64,000 nucleotides of DNA from the NCBI GenBank assembly GCA_030390025.1, contig CM059432.1, positions 145,826,001-145,890,000 on the forward strand. The letters run 5' to 3'. The notes beneath the pieces were generated by a model that saw only the letters and a program-made list of their open reading frames with translations, had not been told where the DNA came from and did no database searches. Numbering within the stretch: the stretch's first letter is position 1; each line of letters opens with the position of its first letter. Position numbers and translations under genes: made by a program. This document shows positions 12,247 through 25,463 of the stretch, one piece after another. Source of the DNA: Squalus acanthias (Eukaryota).

Positions 12247-12316
12247 CTGGAAAAAGTGACAGAACAGTCATCAGAGTCCCAACCAGACGTTTGACTGGCG
12301 ATAAATAAAACAGAAC
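12247..12316 (-). CDS. AVL9: AVL9 coding exon (exon 9 equivalent), 70 nt: VLFYLSPVKRLVGTLMTVLSLFP(G)
   Basis: Inside ORF 12164..12394; ttgcAG acceptor, GTAAGC donor. Confidence 0.95.
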
Positions 12317-14242
12317 CTGCAAAGACAGTTGCTGTTTTACGATCACACTCGAAACACAAATAATACATTTAAAAACCATGAACAATCTTTTCAAAAAATT
12401 AGGAATTATTTAAGCTTTCCAGCAGATATCAAAAATTGAAAACCAGTGGCTCCCACCTCCACACAAAACAAAATCTGCGCTAGTGTTGGGTGGAGGAACT
12501 ATTACAGATATAATGGACCGCTCCTAACCTAAAATAAAACAATTCAAGGTTGTAATTCCTCATGTGATACCAATCTCATTCAACCCTCAAACACGATTTA
12601 TCCAGTTGCGAAAAACTCTGAATATTTATGCTCTGGATTCATAAGTTGCTGACCAGCTATTAATAAAAAAAAAAGTACAGCAGGGCGAGCAGAAATATAT
12701 ACAGTCAGAGAATAATTTGTTCAAACATAAATGTAGCTTTGTACCAGTGAAAGGGTTACATTTCTTTCAGTCTTTATCTTATTTTTGTCCTCATGCTATG
12801 ACTCATGCCCATCTCGTTTGACTGCTCTTTTGCAGTCGAGCAACTATTTTATGGTATTTATGCAGCTATGCATTACGCGTCTCTTAATAATGGTGGTTTC
12901 ACCTGATTTACTTGATCCTTTGTGAGCAACACTGGCAAGGCTGGTTTGACAACGGAGGGGCTCGCCAGGCCACTGAAGAGGGTATTAAGAAATACGGTGG
13001 GGCTGCAGTCACATTTAGAGTGGCGGGTTCCCTTTCCTCAAGGTAATTAGTTGTTTTTTTTTTACAACAAATCGGCAGCTGTCATGGTCATTTTTCTGAT
13101 GCTAGCCGACAGATTTCTTGAATTTAATTTCACGGTGGGAAATGAACTCCTAACTTCTGGGTTGCTAGACCAGTACCACAACCACTTGTCTACCCTACAC
13201 ATCTATTTGCTGATCTGAACTTCAATCTGCACCACCTTCTGTAATCATGCTGCCTACTTTATGTGTAGAAACAGTGCAGCACCATGTTTGAGAGGCAGAC
13301 CAGTTTCTGGGATTAAGTACTGTACTACTTCCTGATTTTCATTCCATGTCATCTCTATTGTTTCATCACTGAAGGCAGTCACATTTTTTCTAGACTACTA
13401 TATACCTGGGAGTTTTCCATTTCAATGTTTAAATTATTAAAATGATTTTTTTTAAAAAGGTGGTCGAACATCCCTTTAAGAAAGCTTGTTGTAATTCTAC
13501 ACCAGTCTGGAATTCTGCATTTGACATTTACACACTATTTTCATTCACAAAGAGCCTCAATCAATGGCTCATCAAACATCCAGCAACACTGACCTAACAA
13601 TTTGTGCTGCACCATCACTTCTCAACATTACATGCAAAATTCCTTTTGTACAAATAAAGCTCAACCATGCATCAATTGTCCACTTTGCAGTTCACAACTA
13701 TCGCCAGGGCTTGGAAACAAGGTGCCCTTCTATGGGCATGAATAATAAGTAAACAGTACAAAATAATGTAAGTTTGACAGGCAGGAAAATCATTTACCAA
13801 AGATTCCTTTTTAAAAAACAAATCTCAACTTCGGAGAGACCCTTTTATTTCGATTTTATGTTGAGGTTTTATCCGTACAGTTGAGAGCACATGATTAGGA
13901 ATCAGGAAAGTCATGCTTTCTTTCATCATTTTGAGTGAACATGTACCAGTTTGCAAAACCAACACAAAACTATATTTATGTTTTTTATATCTTGATTTTA
14001 AAAGACCCAGACTACAGCAAAAGAATCCAGCTTTCAGGAAAACTGAATCATTTCATACTGCTAAACATGTAACTACATCTCTCACTTCACAAAACCAAAC
14101 ATACAAGATGTTACCTTTTGAAATATGATCACTGCTCATTAATTCTCAAAAATATTTAAATAGTTACATTTTGTTTACAGGTTTTAATGCTCGAGAGAAC
14201 CGGGGCATTCCTAGGTAGGTACAAGATGCCAAGAATGTTTCT

Positions 14243-15075
14243 TTATTCATTGTCGGAATGTGGGCGTCGCTGACAAGGTCTGCACTTGTTGCCCATCCCT
14301 AATTGCCCTTGAGAAGGTGGTGGTGAGCCGCCTTCTTTTAGACCGCTGCAGTCCGTGTGGTGAAGGTACTCCCACAGCGCTGTTACGGAGGGAGTTCCAG
14401 GATTTTGACCCAGCGACGATGAAGGAACGGCGATATACTTCCAAGTCAGGATAGTGTGTGACTTGGAGGGGAACTTGGAGGTGGTGGTGTTCCCATGCAC
14501 CTGGTGCCCTTGTCCTTCTAGGTGGAAGAGGTCGTGGGTTTGGGGGTGGGGGTGCTACTGGAGAAGCCTTGGCGAGTTGCTGCAGTGCATCTTGTAGATG
14601 GTACACACTGCAGCCACGGTACGCCGGTGGTGGAGGGAGTGAATGTTTAAGATGGTGGATGGGGCGCCGATCAAGCGGGCTGCTTTGTCCTGGATGGTTT
14701 TGAGCTTTTTGAGTGTTGTTGGACACCCATCCAAGCAGTATTCCATCACACTCCTGACTTGTGCCTTGTAGGTGGTGGAAAGGCTTTGGGGAGTCAGGAG
14801 CTGAATCACTCACTGCAGAATACCCAGCCTCTGACCTGCTATATTAGCCACGGCATTTATGTTGCTGGTCCAGTTCAGTTTCTGGTCAATGGGGACCCCT
14901 GGATGTTGATGGCGGAGAATTCGGCGATGGCAATGCCAATGAACGTCAAGGGGAGATGGTTAGACTCTCTTTTTGGAGATGGTCATTGCCTGACACGTAA
15001 GTAACAAACGCACGCCACACATCAGCCCAAGCCTGGATATTGCTACATGCAAGCATGGACTGCTTCATTATCGAA
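14243..15075 (-). mobile_element. CR1/Zenon-like LINE 3' fragment
   Basis: ORF 14555..14809 'YKAQVRSVMEY...IQDKAARLIG...LHHRRTVAAVCTIYKMH'. Confidence 0.8.
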
Positions 15076-15211
15076 GTGTGTTAACTGCTGTGAACAGAGA
15101 ACCTCTGCAGCAGCTAACAAATATATTAACACTGCTATTTACACAACTACTCTGAATGTATGAGCAAGATTGCTGACCGTCAACAACTTAGCAGTCACCA
15201 GGATTACTTAC

Positions 15212-15250
15212 TTTTTTCTCTAAAAGAATCAACTTGAACAGAATTATTGT
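15212..15250 (-). CDS. AVL9: AVL9 small coding exon (exon 8 equivalent), 39 nt: TIILFKLILLEKK
   Basis: Found by manual reading; T-rich tgcAG acceptor, GTAAGT donor; phase 0/0; matches AVL9 'LFKLILLEKK'. Confidence 0.93.
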
Positions 15251-15649
15251 CTGCAAAAAAAAACCAAAATGAGGACTTATCATCATCGATTACAGGACAA
15301 CTATCCAAATATTTAAATGCCGATTTTGCAAGAAAAAAGACCACTGATTACAACAACTTATATATATATATATATATAGTGCCTTGAATGTAGTAAAACG
15401 TCCCAACACGTCACAGGGGCGTAATTAGACAAAAATTGACACCAAGCCAAAGAAGGAGACATTACGACAGGTGACCACAAGCTTGGTCAAAGAGGTGAGT
15501 CTCAAGGGAGCTCAGCGGAACATCTTAATTAAAAAACAAAGGCACGAAGAAAAGAACAAAACTGAAAAGCGACATCACAGAGGGAGGGAGCGAGGAACAG
15601 ACAGACAATCTGTGCATGAAGTGTCCTGGAGTTCCCACATGGCACAGGA

Positions 15650-16390
15650 ATTATATATTTATCCCATTGCCTGCAATTCCTGTGCCTTCATAGCCACTTA
15701 TGCAGGGAGTGCCTCCAGTTGCTCGAACACAAGCTCCAGGTTTGTCAGCTTGAGGAGCAGCTGGAGTCACTGCAGGGCATATGGGAGGCTGAAAATTTCC
15801 TGGAGTGCATGATCCAGGAGGGGGGTCACCCCGTAGCTACAGAGTTTTCAGGATAGTGAGTGGGTGGCCATCAGGCAGGGTAAAAAGAGGCAGGCACTGC
15901 AGCAATCCTCCGGGAGCGTGGCACTCTCAAACCGGGTTTCAGTGCTGAATAGGTGACGACACCTCAGGGTAGTGTAGTCCAGAGCACATCCATGGCACCA
16001 TAGGGGATTCAATAGTCAGGGGGATAGACAGGCTGACTGACATGAGCCTCGCACAATGTATTGCCTCCCTTGTGCCAAAGTAAAGGATATCACGAAATAG
16101 GTGCAGAACATTCTTGGGGAACATTCTAGAGAACACGGATTTAAGGTAATTGGCAAAAGACCCAGTGGGGAGAGGAAGAGTTGTTATGACCTGGAATGCA
16201 CTGCTCGAAAGGGTGGTGGTGGAAGAAGATTCAATACAATAATAACTTTCGAAAGGGAATTGGATAAATACTTCAAGGGGAAAAATTCAAGGGTCTATGG
16301 GGAGTGGGACTAATTGAATAGCCCTTTCAAAGAGCCAACACAGGCACAATGGGCTGAATGGCCTCCTTCGGTGCTGTATCATTCATTATT
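15650..16390 (+). mobile_element. Internally deleted CR1: decayed ORF1 fragments fused to the 3' tail
   Basis: 'gcactctcaaaccgg' and 'ggggattcaatagtcagggggatagacagg' parallel ORF1 at 60480-60660; CR1 3' end follows from about 16125. Confidence 0.65.
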
Positions 16391-16810
16391 TTTTTTTTTA
16401 TTCGTTCACAAGATGTGGTCATATCCGGCAAGGCCAGCATTTACTGCCCATCCCCAAGTGCCCGAGAAGGTGGTGGTGAGCCGCCTTCTTGAATACAACT
16501 GAATGGCTCGCTAGGCCATTTCAGAGGGCAGTTAAGAGTCAACTACCCTGCTGCGAGTCTGGAGTCACATATAGGGTAAAGACGGCAGATTTCCTTCCCT
16601 GAAGGACATTAGTGAACCAGATGGGTTTTTATGACAATCTGGTAGTTTCATGGTCATCATTAAGGATACTAACTTTTTATTCCTGATTTATTTAATTGAA
16701 TTTTTAAATTCAACGGTTGCCACGGTGGAATTTGAACTCATGTCTCCAGAACATTAGTCCAGGCCTCTGGATCACGAGTCCAGTAACATAACCATCATGC
16801 TACCGTACCC
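16390..16810 (-). mobile_element. tRNA-derived SINE with Zenon-like LINE tail
   Basis: A/B-box-like head at the high-coordinate end; tail shared with the 14243/40627 LINE ends; similar copies at 39126, 12915, 48310. Confidence 0.7.
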
Positions 16811-17805
16811 CTAGGTACAGGGGTATCCCTAGGCAGAGAAGTTTAGGGAGGGAACTCCAGAGCTTAGGCCAAGGCGACTGAAGGCACGGCTGCCAATGGC
16901 GAGGCGAAAGAATTGACGGATGTACAAGGCCACAGTTGGAGGAACACAGAGTTCTCAGAGGGCTGGAAGAGGTTACAGAGATGGGGAGGAGCAAGGCCCA
17001 TGGAGGGATTTAAACATAAGGATGAGAATTTTAAAATCCAAGCGTTGCTGAACCGGTGGCCAATGTAGGTCAGTGAGGATAGGAGTATTGGGTGAGCGGA
17101 ACTTGGTGCAAGTTTGGATATGGGCAACTGAGCTTTGGATGCGTTTAAGTTTATGGAGGGTGGAAGACGGGTGGCCGGTCAGGAGAGCATTGGAATAGTC
17201 GAGTCTGGAGTTAACAGAAGCATAGTTGAGGGTTTCAGCAGCAAATGGGCTGAGGCGGGGTGCAGACAGGCGATGTTACGGAGGTGGAAGGAGGCGGGCT
17301 TGGTGATGCCGAGGATATGGGGTCAGAAGCTCAGCTCAGGGTCCAACAGGACGTCAAGGTTGCAAACCATCTGGTTCAGGCACAGACTGTTGCCAGGGAG
17401 GGGTCGGCAGCTAGGGAATGGAGTTTGTGGTGGGGACCGAAGACAATGGCTTTGTTCTTCCTAAAGTTTATTTGGAGGAAATTTAGGACTGGATGTCAGA
17501 GAAGCAGTCTGACAACACAGAGGCCGTGGAGGGGTCGAGAGAGGTAGTGGTGAGGTAGAGCTGATCGCCATCACCGTACATGTGGAATCTGAAGTGTTTT
17601 CGGAAGATGTCGCCGAGGGGCAGCATGTAGATGAGAAATAGGAGGGGGGCCAAGGATAGATCCTCGGTGGACTCCAGAGGCAACGGTGCAGGACTGTGAA
17701 GAGAGGCCATTGCAGGAGATTCTCTGGCTACAACTGGGTAGGCAAGAGTGGAACCAGGCAAGGGTAGTCCCACTCAGCTGGACAACAGAGGAGAGGCGTA
17801 GGAGA
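16810..17805 (-). mobile_element. L2 LINE RT/3' fragment
   Basis: ORF 17483..17773 'PLLFLIYMLPLGDIFRKH..FHMYGDGDQLY' (decayed YADD). Confidence 0.8.
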
Positions 17806-18827
17806 TCTGTGGTTTTGGAACATTAAATATTTTAAAGATATAAACGCATTTTTAGTGAATTGATTACTTCTTCCTTATGGCAACAAGTTTAGGAAAAATA
17901 CAAGGCTACAAATACTGTCCAGATTCTGTTCTGCAGACTAATTCTGACCAAATAGCAATTGTTGAATACTGAAATGTATTTTTGGCCTTTATTAGCCAGA
18001 CAGCTGATGCACAATATTATTGCCGACAGAATGGATCACACCTCGTCATCATCAGCAACATCATGCACTTTTATGGGACCTTTCATGCAACAAAAAATCC
18101 CACGGCATTTTACGGAAGGGATTGAAGAACCTGAGCAGGGAGAGAGAATGAATTAGGGGAGGTGGTTAAAAGCCTGGTAAAAATGGTAGGTTTTGAGGAG
18201 GTTTCCAAGGACAGGGGGAGGTAGCAAGGATATAGAAAAGGAATTCCAGAGTACAGGGTTTGATGGCTGAAGCTGGTGCCAAGAGTAGAGCAGAGGTAGG
18301 TGACTACATGGAAACCCAGGACAGGGAAGCGCAGGGTGGGTGCTGGGACATGGGATTGTGGAAGATTCCATTGATAGACAGGAGTGTGGCAATGTGGGAT
18401 TTAAGCACTAGGATGAGTATTCTGAAGTTGATGATCTGAGGCCAGGGATGCAAGCTAAGGAAATGCACAGCAAACTTCTGGGTGAACTGGAGATTGCGTA
18501 CGGAAGAAATTGAGAGGCCGAGAGATGTTTAACATTTAGGATATCACTATGTCAGAATGCCTTAAAGGAAAGTCGTCCCTTGCAACCTTTCACCAGCTGA
18601 AGAGCACCGTCGCTTGGTCCACTCATGCAGTTCATGGAGAATGCTACAAAGAATGTACATTTTGCAACACAACAGAAGTGCAGGATTAATGCCATGTTAC
18701 AACACAGGCATCTAAATCAACTGGCTATTTTCACACTCACATTCTGTTATGGCTAGGTTAGAATAGCCTCAACAGCAAAACCAAACCAAACTAAATAAGT
18801 GAAGAAATTGTTTCTATTCTACTGTAC

Positions 18828-18868
18828 CTTGTGTCTGAAATGGAGAACCAGGTCCCGTGGAGACAGAC
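18828..18868 (-). CDS. AVL9: AVL9 small coding exon (exon 7 equivalent), 41 nt: (G)LSPRDLVLHFRHK
   Basis: ttttTAG acceptor, GTACAG donor; phase 1/0. Confidence 0.93.
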
Positions 18869-18999
18869 CTAAAAACAGAGTCCCAATTTATATTAAATTA
18901 CAATACAAAACAATTAATCCTCCCTAAAGACCAACATAATTGCAAAAGATTGACAGGTACTAGACTTGCTATCCCTCTTCCTACCCCTTCGACAGGTAC

Positions 19000-21920
19000 T
19001 TGTTACAGAATCACAGAATGATGCAGTACAGAAGGAAACCATTCGACCCACCGGGCCTGTGCCTGTTCTTTGAAAGAGCTATCCTATTCGTCCCACTCCC
19101 CTGCCCTTTCCCCCATAGCCCTGCAAATTTTTCCCCTTAAAGTATTTATCCAATTCCCTTTTGAAAGTTATTACTGAACCTTCTTCCACCGCCCTTTCAG
19201 GCAGTGCATTCCAGATCAGAACAACTGGCTGCGTAAAAAAAATTCTCAGCTCCCCTCTGATTCTTTTGCCAATTACCTTAAATCCGTGTCCTCTGGTTAC
19301 CGACCCTTCTCCCACTGGAAACAGCTTCTCCTTATTTACTCTGTCAAAACCCTTCATGATTTTGAACACCTCTATTAAATCTCCCTACTTCCAGAAGGCA
19401 TTTGATAAAGTCCCACGTAAGAGACTGTTAACTAAGGTAGAAGCCCACGGAATTGAGGGCAAATTATTGACCTGGTTAGGAAATTGGCTGAGTGGCAGGA
19501 GACAGGCAGTAGGGGTAATGGGTAGGTACTCAAATTGGCAGGATTGGTGTCCCGCAGGGATGTGTGTTCAGGCCTCAACTATTCACAGTATTTAGTAACG
19601 ACTTAGATGATGGCATAGAAAGTCATACATCCAAATTTGCCGATGACACAAAGATAGGCGGCATTGTAGGCAGTTTATAAGAAAGCATAAAATTACAAAG
19701 GAATAGCAACAGTGAAGTGAATTAAGTGAATGGGCAAAACTGTGGCAAATGGATTTCAATGTAGGCAAATGTGAGGTCATCCACTTTGGACCTAAAAAGG
19801 ATAGAACAGGGTACTCTCTAAATGGAGAAAAGCTAAAAACAGTGAAGGTCCAAAGAGACTTGGGGGGTCCAGGTACATAGATCATTAAAATGTCATCAAC
19901 AGGTACAGAAAATAATCAAAAAGGTAAATGGAATGCTGGCCTTTATATCTAGAGGACTAGAATACAAGGGGGTAGAAGTTATGCTGCAGCTATACAAAGC
20001 CCTGGTTAGACAACACCTGGAGTACTGTGAGCAGTTCTGGGCACCACACCTTAGGAAGGATATATTGGCCTTGGAGGGAGTGCAGCGTAGGTTTACCAGA
20101 ATGATACGCGGACTTCAAGGGTTAAGTTGATTCTATGATTCTAAGTTACAAGGAGAGATTCCACAAATTAGGGTTGTATTCCCTAAAATTTAGAAGGTTA
20201 AGGCACGACCTGCTCAAAGTTTAAGATATTAAAGGGAACAGATATAGTAGAGAGAGAGAAACTATTTCTGCTGGTTGGGGATTCTAGGACTAGGGGGCAT
20301 AGTCTAAAAATTAGTGCCAGACATTTCAGGAGTGAAATTAGGAAACACTTCTACACACAAAGGGTGGTAGAAGTTTGGAACTCTCTTCCGCAAATGGCAA
20401 TTGATGCTCGATCAATTGTTAATTTTAAATCGGAGATTGTTAGCTTTTTGTTAACCAAAGGTATTAAGGGATATGGGCCAAAGGCAGGTATATGGAGTTA
20501 GGTCACAGATCAGCCATGATCTGTGAATATTAAGGGAATCTAGGGATATGGGGATTGTGCAGGAAAGTGGAGATGAGGTAGAAGATCAGCCATGATCTTA
20601 TTGAATGGCGGAGCAGGCTTGAAGGGTCAAATGGCTGACTCCTGCTCCTATTTCTTACGTTCTTATGTTATCTCATTGAATGGCGGAACAGGCTCGAGGG
20701 GCTCAATGGTCAATAACTGTTCCTATAACCTTCTCTGTTCTAAGGAGAACAAACCCAGCTTCTCCAGTCTCTCCACGTAACTGAAGACCCGCATCCCTGG
20801 TACCATTCTAGTAAATCTCCTCTGCGCCCTCTCTAAGGCTGTACATATAATATACAGCACAGAAACAGGCCATTCAGCCCAACTAGTCTGTGCTGGTGTT
20901 TATACTCCACACGAGTCTCCTCCCATTCCATCTGCCTCAGTTCAGCCTTTCAGCACATCTTTCGATTCCCTTTTCTCTCATGTACTCGTCTAGTTTCCTT
21001 TTGAAAACATCTAAACTATTTGCCTCAACCACTTCCTGTGGTAGCGAGTTCCACATTCTAACCACTCTCTGAGTAAAGAAATTTCTATTTATTTCTCTAT
21101 TGGATTTATTAGTAACTATCTTGTATTTATGTCCCCTAGTTTTGGATTCTCTCACAAGTGGAAACATTCTCTCCACATCTACCCTGTCCAACCCATTCAT
21201 AATTTTAAAGTCCTCTATCAGGTCTCCTCTTCTCCAAAGAAAAAAGCCCCAACCTGCTAAATCTTTCCCAATAGCTGAATTCTCTCAGTTCTGGCACCAG
21301 CCTTGACATCCTTCCTAAAGTATGGTGCCTAGAATTGGACACAATACTCCAAAGGGCCTAACCAGTGATTTATAAAGGTTTGGAATAACATCCTTGCTCT
21401 TGTACTCTATGCCTCTGTTTATAAAGTCAAGGATCCCATATGTTTTTTTAACAGCCATCTCAACTTGTCCTGCCACCTTCAAAGATTTGTGTACATACAC
21501 CCCAGGTCTCCCTGTTCCTGCACCCCCTTTAGAATTGTACCATTTAGTGTATATTGCCTCTCCTTATTCTTGCTACGAAAATGCATTACTGCACAATTCT
21601 GTATGTTAAATTACATCTGCCATGTGTCTGCCCATTTCACCAGTCTTCATGTCCTCCTGAAGTCTGTTACTATCCACCTCACTGTTTGCCACATTTCCGA
21701 GGTTCGTGTCATCTGCAAACTTTGAAATTATGCCCTATATACCCAAGTCCAGGTCATTAATACATATGAAAAAGAGCAGTGGTCCTAATACCTGAACACC
21801 ATTCCTCCAGTCTGGAAAAACAACTGTTCACCACTACTCTCTGCTTCCTGTCCTTTAGCCAATTTTGTATCCACACCGCCACTATCCCTTTAATCCTACG
21901 GACTTCAATTTTGCTAAAAT
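19000..21920. mobile_element. Nested CR1 cluster: minus 19000-19385 and 20725-20840 split by plus 19386-20725; further minus copy 20850-21920
   Basis: ORFs 19079..19369, 19933..20130, 20937..21200 and 21315..21500 are CR1 ORF2 pieces. Confidence 0.85.
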
Positions 21921-23689
21921 GCATCTCTCTTCCTACCCCTTCGACAGGTAGGAGACTTGCTATCCCTCTTCCTACGCGTTCGACAGGCAGGAGACTTGCT
22001 ATACCTCCTCTGATTAGAGGTATTAGTACTTTAGGAAGTTAAAACATGTAGCCATTTTAAGCCACGAGACTGTAGGATAGTATATAATAGTAAAAATAGC
22101 TTAACAATACATAAGTCAGTATTAATACCCTTTTATTATGAGAGCGTATTGTGTGTGATAGAGGCTAATCCATGGCTTAGATTAGGTCATTAGGATTCTG
22201 CAGGGGTACGCCCAGTAAGCAGGTGGTTTCAGGTTAATGCAATTTAAGAAGCACAAAAGGGTTTGTGTTAGAATTATAGCTAGGTTGGAGCTAACTTGTC
22301 GACATTTCAGCTACTAAGATGCGAAGTTTATAATCATGAAAATAGTCTTATCTTCTACATGACACTCACATTGCAGTGAGAATGGGGTGCTGGATTGCCA
22401 TCTATTGGTGTAGTAGCACACGACACAAAGATCACATGGCAATAATCTCAGAATTGGTAGGTTTAGAGCAAATTGTCTGACATTTATAGGTGTATAAATA
22501 GGCTCAATGTCAGTCGTTCTTTGGTATCCCTTGCTGAGAACGCGCCTGGATTGGAATTAGAGTTAAAGGCAAAGCCAAGAGGAATATCCTACTAGTAAGT
22601 ATATAGACGTATAACTTGCTTGTACTTTCTGTCGCTATTAATGAAACCAATAAGTTGTTTTATTTCTGGCGTCCGAACCTATATAATTTGGATTAATCTA
22701 CTCGGTTTCTCCAACAGTGAGCTGAAAAACCTAAACCACCAAGGCAATAAATCTACTAAGAAAGATTGACTGTAATGTCACCCACAAGGGTTGCAAGTTC
22801 TATTTTATTACAAGTAGTTCTTTCTTTGGATTGGTATCACCTTTGAACAATACCACTGGATGCAGAGGTGGATGGACAAGCTGTTAGAAGAGGTCTACAA
22901 AAACTATATGCATCCAGTGAAAGGCTGCTGCAGCCTCCAAGAAAATACACATCTTACTCCTGGACTCCAAAACCATACAAACTAGTGGGTGCGTGTAATA
23001 TGGCCAAGCTATTTGCCCTTTACAAGCATACCACCGAATAGCATAAGAATTTACAAGCACTTAAACCATACCTCTATGTTTCTACCCAGAACAAAAAACT
23101 ATTGCAACATTCTGCATCGGCCCGTAAAATCCATAATAGCAGCACCAAAGCTTAACTTGCTTCTTCTCCAGTCTGTAAAACACTCCTCCGCCCAAAGAGT
23201 GGTGTAACCTGAAGCTCTTGTATACAGCAGCTTAACAGCAGAGTTAACCAGCACTTCCTGAAGCATAGCTGCTGGAGTACTTTCAGCTGTCGGAAATCTG
23301 CACACACCCACTGGAATTTATCGAATCATTTCTGTGCTCCCAGAAACAATCAGGATTATATTCACAAAGTATGTGTCACTGTTGTCTCCAGCTACACCCT
23401 ATTATGTTATTCAACATAAAAGGAGGTGGGAGGAAGTGACAAAACCCAGGTAATGCACTGCTGACCTATGGCAATTGACAGGAGCACGGCATGTGCAGCG
23501 TTGACAACATTGCAAACCTGAGCTTAATCTTTGTGGCTTGCAGTAGATGCAAATGAATATATAAAGTTACAAATGTATTTTAAATTTACACATTTACAGA
23601 TATTGCAACAGAAAAAAAAAAAATGATTTTATGGCTTCAGGTCAGACAAGGCCCAAGGAATCCTGCTGATTACCACCTACTGCCTCTCC

Positions 23690-24000
23690 TCAACTAACAA
23701 ATTACTCCATGTTGTACACTACTTGAGGAGGCACTGAGAGAAGCAAGGACAGAAAATGTACTCTGGGTGGGCTTCAATGTCTTCCAGCAAGAGTGGTTCA
23801 GTAGTACCATCATCGACCGAGCTGGCCGTGGAGCTGCCAGACTAGGCCTGCATCTGGTGATGAAGGTACCAACACAAGGGAGGAACCTGCTTGACATCGT
23901 CTTCAGCAATCTACCGGTCAGACACCTCTGCCCATGATTGTACTGGAATGAGTGACCACCGCACAGTCCTTGTGAAGTCTCATCTTCAGTGTGAGGTCAC
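23690..24000 (+). mobile_element. Decayed LINE APE-endonuclease fragment
   Basis: Reads 'FNVFQQEW...PTQGRNLLDIV...SDHRTVLV'. Confidence 0.6.
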
Positions 24001-24599
24001 CGTCCATTGTACAGTGTCCCCAGCAGCTATAATTCCCTGGTCCCTTTTCTACCTGGTTGTCATATAGTGCAGGATGTTTTAGTACATTCTGGGTAACGTA
24101 GTTCTACTGGAGCAGGAGAAAGCCTACAATTTCCTTGATGCATTGTATACACGCACACACTGTGAAGAGGAGGCTTGGTCTTCTCACAAGGACGATGCAG
24201 TAGTTACTCCTGCCAATACTACCCTGGATGGAGCTGCCCGCGTGAGAAAACAACATGGCCACTCCAAGGATTTGAAAATTGAACAAATGTGTTTGGTTTG
24301 TGCTAATAGCTGACCTGTGAATGGTAGCTTTGAAATAAATTAATTGACTGATTGATTTTGTGATGGTTGCATTTTATTGATTGGTAACTTTTCATAACTG
24401 TCCAGTAAATGGACCTGGTTTTCAATTGGTTTAAATATGCCATTGACTAAATGCCACACAAAATCAGCATGGTTAACAGTATTGTGGCTATTTAAGGCAA
24501 ACCTGTTTTATTACCCTCGGAGAAGTGTTAAACCACAGATGTGTGTTAGAGGCATGCTTGTTTCTTCAAATGCATATAATGTGATTTTAATTCACTTAC

Positions 24600-24666
24600 C
24601 CAAGCAAGCCTGGGATCCTTCTAATGCATATCCTCCTAAAGAGCTGTTCATGTGTTCATAAAGTTC
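24600..24666 (-). CDS. AVL9: AVL9 coding exon (exon 6 equivalent), 67 nt: ELYEHMNSSLGGYALEGSQACL(G)
   Basis: TAG acceptor, GTAAGT donor; phase 0/1. Confidence 0.93.
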
Positions 24667-25463
24667 CTAGTTCAATCATTAAAAAAAAACATTTTTCATA
24701 CTAAAAGCATTCAACCACCAAACAAGACCTACATTAAGCGCTCTAATAAGGCAAATAAAAAGAGATGGATTTCATACTTCAGTGTAAGCACTGCACACGT
24801 GTACGAAATGTACCACCATTGCCCACGTTAAGTGCAATGCAAGAAAATCCATCACTTAACAAATCGCTAAATCAGACATTAAGTATCAGTGCAATCTTGT
24901 ATATTTTACTGTACTTAAGGATATCTGTACTTTAAAAATCTACACATTAAGAAATTTAGTACCGTAATTGACTTTGCTTATTTAAATACAGCAAGGTTTA
25001 AGAAAAATTCACCAAACTTTTTGCTGAATTCTAGTAGGATCATCATCAAGAGGAAAGCATCCTTACTTTCTTCTTCTTAAAAAGTTTGAATTGATGCCAC
25101 AGATCAAAGATGGGGCAGTAACCTGCTGATTGTTGGTGTGGTGTATGACAAATTAGCAAGAGTAGAAGTTCCTTCTCAATCACGTGTACATGCGGCAATG
25201 AGCCAGAGCGGTTTGTTAGCACTGTTCTCACCTCAGGGCATTGTGGCAAGCAACGCTCTGAATTTGAAAAGCCTTAGAATGACACAGAAAATGTACTAGA
25301 TTCACCATCTTGATGACCCAGGCATTGGATGTTACCACTCTCCAATGGTTTACAGACAGCTGCTGGCAGCCAACCACAAACTACCTCACTCAGTGAGGAC
25401 AAAGTTGGATGTGGCATGATGTCAATGCTAGGACACAGAAGTGGAGTGAGGATTAAGAACATA

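Noticed and set aside
14247..14813. 188-aa ORF and many other 60-180 aa ORFs in the track
   Set aside because: Off-frame or antisense readings of LINE, SINE and MITE sequence; no independent gene support
21923..22010. CRISPR-like repeat
   Set aside because: Contiguous tandem units with no spacers, in vertebrate intronic DNA
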